The notes below the pieces were generated by a model, which had not been told where the DNA came from, ran no database searches, and worked only from the letters and a program-made list of their open reading frames with translations. DNA of 64,000 bases from Mytilus californianus. Taxonomy: Eukaryota. Location: NCBI RefSeq assembly GCF_021869535.1, contig NW_026262679.1:74462001-74526000 (forward strand), in the 5' to 3' direction. This document shows positions 38,945-52,200 of this stretch, one piece after another (within the stretch, counting starts at the first letter, position 1; the number at the start of each line of letters is the position of its first letter). The position numbers were made by a program, and so were the translations under genes.

Positions 38945-39530
38945 GTCTTAGATACATGATTTTTTTCATTAGTTGTTATTGGTTTTGAACTAGCTGTCAG
39001 TAACTACGAGTACTCTCAGATCTGTACTTAGTGTCTTTTTGTTTTTGGGATGTATAAGTACCCGTCCACGTCCACTCTGTGTTTTTGTTAGATGTATTTC
39101 TATTTGTATCCATCTGTTGAGTTAAGCCTTTTTCAACTGATTTTTATAGTCTGTTCTTATGTTGTGTTGTTACACCACTGTCCAAGGTTAGGGTGAGGGT
39201 TGAGCGCTCACAAACATGTTTAACCCCGCCACATTCTGTATGTGCCTGTCCCAAGTCAGGAGCCTGTAGTTCAGTGGTTGTCGTTGGTTCACGTCTGTCA
39301 CGCATATTTGTTTTTCGTAAATTGTTTTGTTATAAATTAGGCCGTTAGTTTACTCTATTGAATTGTTTCATATTTATTTTTCATGTCGGGGCCTTTTATA
39401 GCCGACCATACGGTATGGGTTTTTCTCATTGTTGAAGGCTGTACGGTTGCCTATAATTGCTTACATCCACTTCATTTTAACTTTGGTGGATAGTTGTCTC
39501 ATTGGCAATCATACCACATCTCCTTATTTT
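38945..39530. repeat. Abundant interspersed repeat, family A (core ccaagtcaggagcctgta; end gagagttgtctcattggcaatcataccacatct)
   Basis: Near full-length copies also at 51165-51710 and 34205-34720 (reverse). Terminal fragments near 25130, 29330, 42990, 50275, 61340, 62050, 63190 and 63715. Confidence 0.8.
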
Positions 39531-42319
39531 ATATACAAGACTTACAAACCCCAGAGGTTCATGTATCAAAACTTACAAAACAATAAATTTACGGAGCAAG
39601 TTAAATCTAAATTAAATAGATTGTTTATTTGTCGTATTAGAAAAAACGGAAATTCCTAAATATATATATATATTCTATTTTTGACACTTTCTTCTCTTGA
39701 AAACAATCCAACACATTCCTTTATATCTATGATCTATGCCACCACATAGCTTTCGTTCGGACATTTTAAGATTTTGAACTATATTCGGATAAAGAAACAC
39801 TTACTGACTTGAAAAACGTCATTCTAAATGAAGTACGCATATCTCCATTTGGTTTTGTTCAGTTTTTGTATGGGGTATATCTGGGAATAAGTCGTCATTT
39901 TGACGATTATGCTGTTCTTAAAGTGTCGGTTGTGGCTAAAACAAAAGTCGTGGAAGCGAGACAATCCAGATAAAAAAAATTCTTTTTCTTTTTCGAATTT
40001 CCATTTCTTTCACTCTTTTTACCTTTTATCTTTTTTAGCTGACATATTTTTTGGGGCAATTAAAAATCAAATACAATCTGCGGTTATATTTTTTTAAAAT
40101 CCATAACTTTGTCAAACCTTCGTGAAAATTCACGAAACTTGAAAGGATGCTTCTTCATGTCTACAAGACAGAACATAGAGCAAAATCTTGAAAATATTTT
40201 TTTTTCATTTACAGTATTTTCCTGATAAATTGGCTTTGTTTTTGGCAGTCAACATTATACTTTTACACTTATAGCAGCAATTGCAGATGAGACATATTAT
40301 TTGGCGGAATTCTTTACGATTTTTTTTAAACGCGAAATAGACAGGAGCTAGGTCAGAGGTGTTATTGCTCTTACAATGAAAGATCTTATACATTATACAC
40401 TACTGTAAGTAACTGTTAAATCTGAAGTTTGTTTGGATTAGAGCAAGAACACTACTATTATTGTAAGATCGTTTGGATCAGTGAAAGAAAGTTAAAATGT
40501 TAAAGAAATTTTGATTTAATTTAAGAAATTAAACCATACGGAAAATAGAAAAAAAACTGTGTTCATACCCCAGCACCTGTGGAACAATGAATCATATTCT
40601 AAAAGATAAATATTGTTTTTCTATATGAAATGTCATAATTTGTTTTTAAGATTTGTAGTCTTGTCGTCAAATACCATGCGTACTTTTACATTTAAAGACG
40701 TCAACTTATGATAATCGGTTCGAGGATCAATTACGTGTTTTATTTGATTGTAAAAACAAATCCTGCTGTGGCTATGTTTGTGTTTAGAAAGTCGATTGGT
40801 CACTTACAATAACAGCAGACTGACCACGTTAAGATTTAATTATTGTTATGTACATTTAAAGGGACTAAAAGTCCACCTAGGCGGCTCGAGGTCATTTTCG
40901 GTCCAAAAGATACATGTAGATATACGTCAATATTGAAATCTTGTTTATTGTTGACAGCTTTCTATTTTAGCCGAATATTTTGCTTATATATATATTTGCG
41001 AGCATCAACAAGGTACTCTATTTAAGCTACAAGTCTTCAAGAAAGGTAAGAGAAATATTCGTATCAAAACAATTGCTATATATCATATGTCATATTTCAT
41101 ATTTTCTTTCCATAATTCTCCTTTACAAATTTTCCGAGACGATATTATGCTTAGGTAATGCTAGGAACATTTACCGATTAAGCTTATCTTCAACACAAGT
41201 GCTGAAGTCGAGGTTATATCTACCATTTAATACCAAAAAGAAAGAGAAAAACATATGGAACTTAAAAAACGCTAGTTACGTTAGTAGGTACAGTCAATCA
41301 GGCTACATCTTAATATTTTGCATTAAATGACAAAGTTTTTTAAAGAATACACAAAAAAAACCCAATCGTATACGGTTAGTATTTATCAACAAAATGTATC
41401 GAATTACAAATAAAGTCCAAATGATAAAATTGAGAAAATACTGAAATAAACATTTATGTTGAAAATTTCAACATATGAAATACATACAGTCAATTTCAAA
41501 ATAAACGATCAGTTACCGCGTAGAGATAGAAGTAGAAAAAGATATTTTATAAATTTCGTTCGTTCGAGGCACTTTTCTGGATTTAACTTCATTAGGGACA
41601 CTCAAACCTAAAAATTAATGGCCAGGGATGTATAAATATGTTGAAACGTTAGGAGCTATATGACCAACAGTGACATAAAAAGAATAGCTAACTTCATCTT
41701 GTAGCTTCTTTTCCTGAGGGCGCTGGAACCGTTGTTTCTTAATAATGTCTTAATTTATCGACGGGAAGTTTTAAAATATATGTTAAAAATCATGTCGGTA
41801 CCGAAGTTTCGACTACCGAGCTGATGATACCCTCGGCCACTAACAAGTCCTCCAGCAGTGGTATCGACCCAGTGCAAGTAAATGCTTTAAACTCTTTAGA
41901 AACGCTTTTCTGGACTTACCTTCACCGGGAATGCTCAGCCCTAAATATTTGAAAGCCAGGGGTGTATAAATAGATACAAACATTAGGCGTTAAATTACAA
42001 AAAAGGGACCTGAAAAGAATACCTAAATTCATTTCAAGTCTACTTTGCTCGAGGGAGTTAGATTTCCAAAACTTAGTTTGTTAATAACTAATTAATCTAT
42101 CGACGGGGAAAAAAACATGTTAAAAATCATGTCAGTACCGAAGTATCGGCTACTGAGCTAAATAAATGATACCATAGCATCGGGGACTCACAGCCCTACA
42201 GCTCTTGTATCGATCCGGTGAAGTATAATACGACAATCATATCAAGCAAAATCGATGGTCTCCTATCGATGAACTGGACGTGGAATGATATTTCCTTAAG
42301 TTATGACTGATTGACTGGC

Positions 42320-42900
42320 TTTTTATACGCCCGTTTACGGGAAGTATTATGGTATACCGTTGTCCGTCCGTCCGTCGTCAACATGTCGGACAAGAACTCA
42401 AAAACCCTTTGAACAGTTTTCATGAAACTTTGGTGAACTGTTTATATCTATTGACGCGAGCTCCCTTTCGATTTTTATAAATTTTAGATTTTACGTTTCC
42501 GATTTATTGGGTTTTATTCATTAAAAAAGGGGGCTTTCCAGTTTTTGGACAATAACTCAAAATTACTTTGAGCAGTTTTCATGAAACTTTGGTGAATTGT
42601 TTATATCTATTGACATGAACTCCCTTTCGATTTTCATAAATTTTAGATTTTTCGTTTCCGAGTTATGGGGTTATATTCATTAAAAAAAATGGGATTTTCC
42701 AGTTTTTGGACAATAACTCAAAAGTGCGTTGAGCAGTTTTCACGAAACTTTGATGACTGGTTTATATCTATCAAAATACCCCCCCCCCCCTCCTTTTAGT
42801 TTTTTTTTATAAATTTCTGATATGACAATGAGGAGTTATGGTACTTTATTCTTTGAAAAAGCGACAGGCGTATCATGCGCTCATGGCGCAGCTCTTTATT
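42320..42900 (+). mobile_element. Satellite-bearing Helentron/HINE-like (pearl/DINE-1-type) element
   Basis: T-rich 5' end, (gtcc)n microsatellite, about 160-bp internal tandem units (starts 42388, 42547, 42708) and a 3' palindrome gcgtatcatgcgctcatggcgc. A related copy at 35607-36947 carries nested insertions. Confidence 0.65.
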
Positions 42901-45900
42901 ATATCTTGCTATGCGGTAAGGGTTTTGCTCATTGTTGAAGGCCGTACGGTGACCAACAGTTGCAAACCTTCTACGTCATTTGGTCTCTGTTGGAGAGTTG
43001 TCTCATTGGCAATCATCTTTTTATTAATATAATGTTTGAATTATATGAAGGTCTAATCACAATAGGATGTACAACATGAAAAAAGAAAGAAGGAATTGAA
43101 AAAAAGAAAAAAGCAACTCCTTATCTTTGCATGCTGATTGCTAAATATGGATTAAAAAAATGGAACAAATATCTATTATTGGATGAATAACATTATATTA
43201 TTCAATGACAATGTTATTTTATAAACCTGTTATAAAACCTTACATAATGATGATATGTATTTATTTTTGACTTATAGCCAACAGGATGTTTTGCTCTAAA
43301 TGTGCTATTATAACCACATGCATGTTTCAAATGTACATTGTATGGTGTACATATCCGCAAACAACTACATAAAGCAATTTACGTTGCACTTCCAAGAAAG
43401 ATGACTGATTTTTTTAAAGTTTTTTTGTACTTTTATCAAACACGACCAATATTGAAAGGTATGATAAGTTCTCCGATTTCAGGGACTTAATTTTGTTGAT
43501 AGGTTTTAAGTTTGTGTATTTGATTGATTGATTGATTGATGTTTGTTTTACGCCGCATCAGCCCAAAAAAGCTACATATCTCGGCGATGGGGTATTTGAT
43601 GCTGACGTCCGATTGGAAATAGTTAAAGCTTGAAGGAGACGTCCCTTTTACTGTTGCCATTTGGTATATCGAGACCAAAAGATCGTGAACAAATATGTGT
43701 AGAAGTATCGCGATAGGTCGGAAGGGATCTGGTATAGAATCTTGAACTCAATTTAAAACAATTCAACCTCCACATCTTAACCTAAAATCCGTTATATTAT
43801 CATAAGACGGAACAGATCATTTTTTCAAATAACATGTCTATCTAAACAATCATTACTACTTAATAATACTGTCGATTCCCGGCTTGGTCTCACCAAAAAT
43901 TCGAAAACTGTATGTCATTTCTTTTACGCTATATAAACACGCACCACTAAATAGAAAGAGTATTTCTTTTATGACGTTCGAGAACAACTCGTGTCTGAAT
44001 CTCGCCTCGCACATCCTCTTCATAAGATCTGTCTATTGTGTCTATGCTGTCATGATATTAAATGTCAAACTGCGTTATTGGCACATGATTTTCGTCTCTT
44101 GATTGTTCACAGTCCATCCTTGTTTCCATAACTATAATTTAGCTATCTTTTCAATTCCTAAAAAGTAGAAATATTTTTAAATGATCAAAATTAATGTAAA
44201 TGCTGAGTTACATAGTAAAACAGTTATACCATACGTATCTTTGATACAAAATATTTTTTAAAGCCACAAATATTCAGTTTGGGGTACACGAAACAGTATG
44301 CCAAGTATATGATATATCAAATGGGGAACATATTGGATAGTGCAACAAACCACAAATAAAGACAATTAAACAGCAGTGTAAAAACATAATCCGTATAGCC
44401 CTATTTGAAACAGAAACAAATGTGATGGCTTTGACACAGTGTTTTGTGCGCACAAACCGGCCGCCCCCTTGTCCATCTTGACCAAATAAACATTCTAATA
44501 AATATATGGAAAAATATTTATGTCAAAAATATGATAAAACAAGCAAACACAAAAGTTTTATACGCCATATTCCAACCTTTCCATTAAACGTATATTATCC
44601 ATTTATAACGTATTGTATCAAATTTAGTATTATTTGTTTGGATTCTTATGTACAACTATTTATCAATAGTTCATTAAAATTACAATTGATGAAAAAGTAC
44701 TACAAGCCTCAAAATTTAAGTTGCCCAGAGAATACATTTTATATCTGCAATATATCTATACTTAAAATATGACCACTTACATGGATGAGTAATTGTTTAC
44801 AATTTTCAAATAACTGTACTGTTTGGTCATTGGATATTTTAGTAATCTGTTTAATTTCTGAACTTTTATTTGTTTTTCGTTTTTTGCTGTGGTGATGTTA
44901 GTTTGTCTTCAACTTTGGTATCTTCCGCCTCTCTGTTATAACAGTTCACTGTAACTTTTTGTGTGCATGTTATTACCTTCATTTAATGAAGGATTAAATC
45001 CATCTGTATTTAATCTACAAAAATACATTACAAAGAAAAATCAATTGGTTTTAGTGTCAAAGCTCCGATAATGCAGTAATGTTGCATTCAGTCCGAAACA
45101 ACTTATCGACATTCGTTATGAACTTTTGTAATACTTTTTCGCACCAAAAAGATAATGTACCGCATATGATAACATATATCACTATATCTATTTGTCGTTT
45201 GAAAGGGGATAGTCGCCCTTTTACCAGTGCAATGACATCAGCTAAAATAATGTCACCATGCAATTATTTTCAATTGTTTATCAGACTTTTGCAAATATTG
45301 CTTTGCCTTCACTGGGGTTGGAACTCCCTCATTTAAGGCAAATAGCGTGTGGCATGAACATATTGACGAAACCTCTCATCTACCATTAATCGATGACTCC
45401 TGGTATCTTTTTAACAAATCATGTTTATCCATTGTATCTAAAACACAGAAACTACACATCGTAGATATAGTATTACGATAAAACTGGTTGAATATAAAAA
45501 AATCATGATACCGGAAAAGTAACAGCTTCTTCGAGCAAGTAAAGCTTTCAAACTATATCTTTTAGTTTAAGTCCTGGCATTTGAAAGAATCAAACAGGTC
45601 GCGGTAGGTAAATAAGGGTGTAATTTTGGGGTCTATCTCTGGTTTTTTTTTGTGTAAGGAGTTGTTTCATTTATGATTTTTCTTAACATAGTTTCCCTCT
45701 AGTTGCGAAAGAAGTAACTGAAGTACTTACTAAGGTAGATTTGGATCGCAAATTCAAGGTTAAACATAGCACGTATAGCACTTTATTCTAAAAAAAGATA
45801 ACATCTTTGAAGATAATTGTATTCATTGCATGCTGCTCATTATCTATTTTTGCTTCTGAAAAAAAGGCAAACGCTAGTTGCATTACAGTTTCCATTGGAA

Positions 45901-46282
45901 ATTGGTTTCCGTTCTCTAACTTTAGTTTGCCCCAACCAAATGTTATTAAACTTATACACAATGCGTATTACCACCAAACACAGATCAAGTTCGAATTTGG
46001 GTTGCGTCACTTTCACCGTTCTTGAATTTCCTCCTTACTGTATGTTATTGAACAATGAGAGTACTCAAAGCCCCGAGCAATCTCTAATGACAACATACAG
46101 AAACAAATGTCATTAAGTTTCAAAGTTTCAAAGAAAACAAAACGTAGATATGTTTGAATTATTTACAAGTTAGTACATATATATATGTGTCCCATAGACA
46201 CATTCTTCTCTTATTTGAAGATGCAAAATTCACTGTCAAATACTCATGAATTTACTTCGTTATCTCCTTCTTTTTCAGGAAA

Positions 46283-49200
46283 ATGCATATTCAAATAATC
46301 ACACTTTGCGTAGGATATTTTATTACCTATGCATGTGCATCAGTTCCAATGGAAGTATCCAGTACATGGGGAAAGAATGGCAAATTAAAGTCGTCTGCGT
46401 TCTGCACATTTAATGTTACAGAAAAACAAAGAAAGGGTGCATGGAAAATGACAATAAATACCAATATTCCAACAAAATATATCAAGGTATGAATTAATTA
46501 AAGAGAGGCAAAAGATACCAAAAAGTAGTCAAACTCATAATTCGAAAACAAACTGACAATGCAATTGCAGAAAACGAAAAACGACGAAAAGAGAAACAAC
46601 AGAACATAAAGAAAAAACATAGAAAACTAAAGTCTGAACATCACAGACCCAACAAAAAACCCGGGGAATAAGAGGGAAAAGGGGGGGGGTCTCAGCTCTG
46701 GAAGGGTAAGCAGATCCTGCTGTTTATTCAAAAGAGAATGATCAGAAGTATGACAGAAACATAAAGTATGACAGAAACATAAAAAATATACATTAATTCG
46801 GGTAATAAACTCAATTACAGAAAATGAGAGCAAAAAAAACACAAAACAAAAAAAGTGTAAGACCAATAAAAAAAACAAATTGCTGAAGAAATCACAATAC
46901 CATTCTGAAATCTGAAATTTAACAATGCAACATACTAGTAAGTATGTCGATGTAACCCAGAGATATGCTAAAAATCAGTATAAATGCATGTACCAAGTCA
47001 GGAATATGTCAGTTGTTTTTCACTTGTTCCGTTGATTGTTAGCGTTCAATGTTGTAAGTTTTTATGGACTTCCCCTTTTATAATTTGCCTTGGAGTTCGG
47101 TGTTTTTGTTATACTTTTTCACAGTGGTCTTTTACCCTAATCTTGCTTTTTTTGTCATAAAACTTGAAAAACGAATACAGATTTATCACGATTAATCGAA
47201 ACAAACATTCCTAATATCACATTGGTAACAAATTCTGCAAGATGACTTTTTCATTGAGGTGGACAGTTTTGATTCATTTTCTTATACAAAACGAGCAAGT
47301 AAATAAAAGTTCTGTATTGAAGAAGTCTTATTTGTAACAATAAAAAAAACAAAATATTTTTTATAATGACAAAATGTCTTCCAAGAAAGACGTGTACGTC
47401 TGTACGTCCTCTCCAAACATTTATTTATTCCATGTTTTGGAATGGAAACCATAAAAACCACTCATATTAAAGTAAAATTAGCAGGTACACATCGTCATGT
47501 CCTGTAAAAGAACCTGTACAAGTTTGGTGAACGACGCCGACACTAGACGCTATAAGGGGACAAATACACTTATGGTACGGATTTGAGTGCGCCCCTTTGG
47601 AAAATCTTTCATTAGGTTCGCTCGAGATAAAAAAAATAAACAAATTCCTTAAGCTTTTGCGAACACCAACACAAAAATAAGAGCAGTCATAAGTCAACGG
47701 TCGACCTTGTCTTTGTGTGTTAGAAAATTGCAATATTGGATTTGTTTAAACATACTGACTCTGTTTATACTGAAAATTTTAAGTTTAAAAAGTTCATGAA
47801 ATTAAACATACAATGCAGATCAGGCGGTTTTTTTTACCAACGGATGTAACTAAAGATTCCCAAGACAGCCGTACCAACGCAGTGATAGATTTAGTACATG
47901 TAATATAAACGTATTGCTACCGTAACAAAACCTGTTTTTAGAATACCGTATTACACTTATCCAGGAACGCCCGCGACAGAAATAAATGCTATATATTTAT
48001 CTATTTTTTTTTTTACAGTTGTTAAATATTGCAAGATACAAGTTAATTTTTATTATAGGTATGGGTAATGGAAGTCACTGACCGCCTTGATGACGGTAAA
48101 ACATACAAAATGAGAAACAAGTATGAATATGGGCAGAAGACAATTGACGTACATTTTACACTTACATATAAAGAGGCAGACGTTCCAATTTCTGGTTTCT
48201 GTTCAAGCAGTGTCGAGGAAACAGCACCCTTGAAAGATGCCGGAAACATTATCAATGAAAATGACTGGGAGGAGAATGGGATGATGGTCATGCAAGGAAA
48301 ATGTATCCTACCTGTTGAAAAGAAACTTGAAGATTTTTATATATCTGTTACTTTAAACGAGGAAACGTTCAAATTAAAGGTATGACTAGACTTCTTCAAT
48401 TGTTATATAACTCATTATTCAATCAAATTCTCGTGTCTTACAGATGTAAGACGATTTTAAGGTGATGAAATACGTTAAATGTGCTCAAATTTTCTTCTTA
48501 GATACAATGTACTGAATGTTTTAGGTTATTGTAAAACCTGTATAAAATATGGCACGTTTTTTCCCCTTAATTCAGGACTGGAGCACAACCGAGTTTTCAA
48601 GAGACCCAAGTGGTCGTTGGTACACATTAAAGAACAAATGGACAGCGCATCCACCAGAATTTACTTTTATTTTCCACATTTATTACGATGCTGACAAACC
48701 TCCAACCGGAAGTTGTGCTATTTTGACAGGAAGTGAACCAAAACCACCTGTAACACAAGAACCACCTGTGTCACCTACAACAAGACAGACGATACAACCG
48801 ACGACAACGCAGAAACAAGCAACACCAGTAATAACAAAGCAGAGTACACATTTGCCAACAACAGAAACGCACACGACACCAGTAACAACAAAAAGTCAGA
48901 CATCACCGTCAACAACGAAAAGTCAGACATCACCGTCAACAACGAAAAGACAGACATCACCTTCAACAACGAAAAGTCAGACATCACCGTCAACAACGGA
49001 ACGTAAAAAAACGCAACGAACAACCCAGCATCAAACCGTATCACCCACTACATCAAATGTACCAGCACCAACAAATCAACCAGGTAAATTTAACGATAAA
49101 CAAATGACCAAAAGCAAGCGGCTCTTTCCATTTGCACAAATTGGCATTCTATTTGCCAAACAAACCATATTCCATTTGGGCCAAGGCAAAATCTTTCATT

Positions 49201-52200
49201 GAGTCAATGTAATAGAAGAGAAAGGATAAATTAATAAGGAATGACGTAGGTAAATAGCATGAATATTTTGATAATATATGTGTATTATTTAGCGTATATT
49301 ATAATTGGTAATTAGCACTTTCACTCTCCAACATTGCATTTTACCTCTCGTCACCCATATAATATCGAGCAGGATAATTTCCTCAGTAAAGATCAACACG
49401 CAATATCTACAGCTTTGGTTTGTATCATTAAATCACACAAATGTGTGTCCCCATTTTTGTTTTTTCCTAGTCAGATTTTTTGTAAATAACGTTTTTTTCA
49501 TTTTTTTTTCCCCGTGGATTTTTGATACAGGAGCCATAAGTACAGAAAAGGGAAAGTAAACAATAAATTAAGAAAATTAATGAGTAGTTTGACAATGTCA
49601 CACTGAACGGATACCGAATATACTGTACTTATAATATGGGAGTTCATGTCACGGTGGTCAAGATATCCTGTTACCTGTCCTTTCAGATAACGGTATAAAT
49701 TATTTAACATCTACAATTTTTCTTATCTTGTCATCCGTCAGTTAACTATGAGCATCATTATGGATCTAAAGATTATTATATTTATGTATGTAATTTCTCT
49801 AACTTCAGGAGCCACGCACCAGGGAATATTGAACTTGTACCATAACAAATTTAAAGGAGATGTAAGTATTTGAAAGTATTATATTTACTCTTTATCTAAT
49901 GCATATATCCTATTTTATTCATTGTTTCACTCTTTGACATGTATATCTATATACATGTATTAATCCAAAATATGTAATTATTCTAACATACTAGTAGATA
50001 CAAATATGTGCATGTACTTAAATGTAACGATATAATTGTTAAACTTGTCATTTTTATATAATTTATGTATTCAGGTTTTTGACTCACGGATAAAATAAGA
50101 ATATATACTAGTTGAAGAAATGATACACTTATTTAAAGGTTTATCAAAATATAATGTTCTAGAAATGTAGAAACAGCAAAAATGTCTTGATTCAGTATTA
50201 TTTTGCTCTAAAATAAAAACAGAACAGGCCATATGGGGACCTCCTTATTTCAACGTCATTTGGATTTAGGTGGTTTGTTATCTCATTGGCATTCATGATG
50301 ATGGGAGTTTTTAACGACCTTGACTGGCTATACAGCCCTCGCACGGTCGGCTTAGATTGGCATTCATCTACATTGTACTTATTTTTATCCATCTACATTG
50401 TACTTATTTTTATACAACAGCCGTCACTGAAATTTGCAGTTTTCCTTTAAATAGGAGTCGTCAAATGAGAGAGTCGCCAATCTGGCAAAACCTCTTAAAT
50501 TTAGAATTATATGTACAAGAAAACAAGGGGAATGACAAAGATGTTCTACTGTTAAGGTTAAAACCGATAGTTTAAGTCACGTGAAAATCTTCGTGATAAT
50601 TTTGTTTAACCTAAGTCAAGCCGTCGTTTTAAATCACAGATATGAAGTAAGCCATAAAAAACGTCAAAATATTCGACGCCCACGATTTCACTATATCCTT
50701 ATCAGGCTAGGGTTCCAGGATTTTTCAGAAAAGTACTAATAAACATTTTTCTTTCTGGGAAACTGCCAAATAATTGCGACCTTTTGAGTTAGATAGTTTA
50801 TAATACGAGCAAGAGAATCATTCACTTCCATTGAATTCCTTTGAATATTTCTTTTAGCACACGGTTTTCCGATTCGATATTTTTGTTTTGATGTCACAAC
50901 TAAAAGCCATGAAATGGTCCTTTTTACCTTTAAAGCGATAAAGATCCATCTGTCAATATGTCACATTTATCATCGATTCATTTTACATTCAAATAATTTT
51001 CCATTTTTATTTAAAAAACAAAGCAGTTTTTCGTGGAATTTTTTTTTGTAGACGATACTGCAATTTTCTCTAAACAAACACTGATCACATGAAACTTTAT
51101 AGATTATTCTTAATGGCATAAAATTGGTCAATTATGTATCAGAGAAATCGGTAAAATAAATTTATGAACTAGCTGTCAGTAACTGCAAGTACTCTCAGAT
51201 CTGTACTTGGTGTCTTTTTGTTGTGGGGATGTATAAGTACAATGTACCCATCCACGTCCATTCTGTGTTTTTGTTAGATGTAGTTCTATTTGTATCCATC
51301 TGATGAGTTAAGCCTTTTTCAACTGATTTTTATAGTTTGTTCTTATGTTGTACTGTTACACCACTGTCCAAGGTTAGGGGAAAGTTGGCGCCTTCAAACT
51401 CGTTTAACCCCGCCACATTCTGTATGTGCCTGTCCCAAGTCAGGAGCCTGTATTTCAGTGGTTGTCGTTTGTTGCTGTGTAACATATCTGTTTTTCGTTC
51501 ATTACTTTGTACATAAATTAGGCCGTTAGTTTCTAGTTTGAATTGTATTACATTTGTCATTTCGGGGCCTTTTATAGCTGACTATATTGTATGAGCTTTG
51601 CTGATTGTTGAAGGCCATACGGTGACCTATAGTTGCTAATTTCTGTGTCATTTGGTCTCTTGTGGAGAGTTTGTCTCATTGGCAATCATTCCGCATCTTC
51701 TTTTTATATTTATGGTACCAGTTTCAGAGAGCACGTGACAATGAAATAATCCGTTATCAGGTACGCTCGAGATAAAAGTTCAGTAGGTCAAGGAAATACA
51801 TAAAATGTCTGAAAGCTACAACATTAAATATAGCAAATCAAACCAGCCAAAATTGTATACGGCGGTGAACCGAATTTGCTCGAAGAAGTTACAACCTTAA
51901 GCTTTACCTTATGCAACACATTTAATTTGTAACTATGAACGGAATATTATCAATCAAGATATCAAGTTTAAATCATATCAGTAACCATATGCATAAACAA
52001 TTAAACTTCTCAAATATCCCTTGATAAAAATGTCGATTTCAAATTAAAATAATTGGAAATTTAAATAATAAATGAATATGTTCTACTTTCAATCCTCTAA
52101 GAATCATGAATTATTACTTTTTTTTTATTGAAGTTTGAATAATTGATAACGGTTATGCAATAGTATTAATTAGTTCTTCCTAACATCAATGAAAGTAAGA

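Noticed and set aside
39771-39973. Acceptor-preceded open frame DFELYSDKETL...EARQSR*
   Set aside because: No partner exon or recognisable domain; open frames of this length are common in this window.
43490-44130. CpG-richer, coding-like minus-strand stretch
   Set aside because: All frames contain stops and I recognise no family; it may be a decayed gene or TE.
48683-49044. Minus-strand ORFs 48683-48874 and 48775-49044
   Set aside because: They are antisense shadows of the low-complexity Thr/Ser linker.
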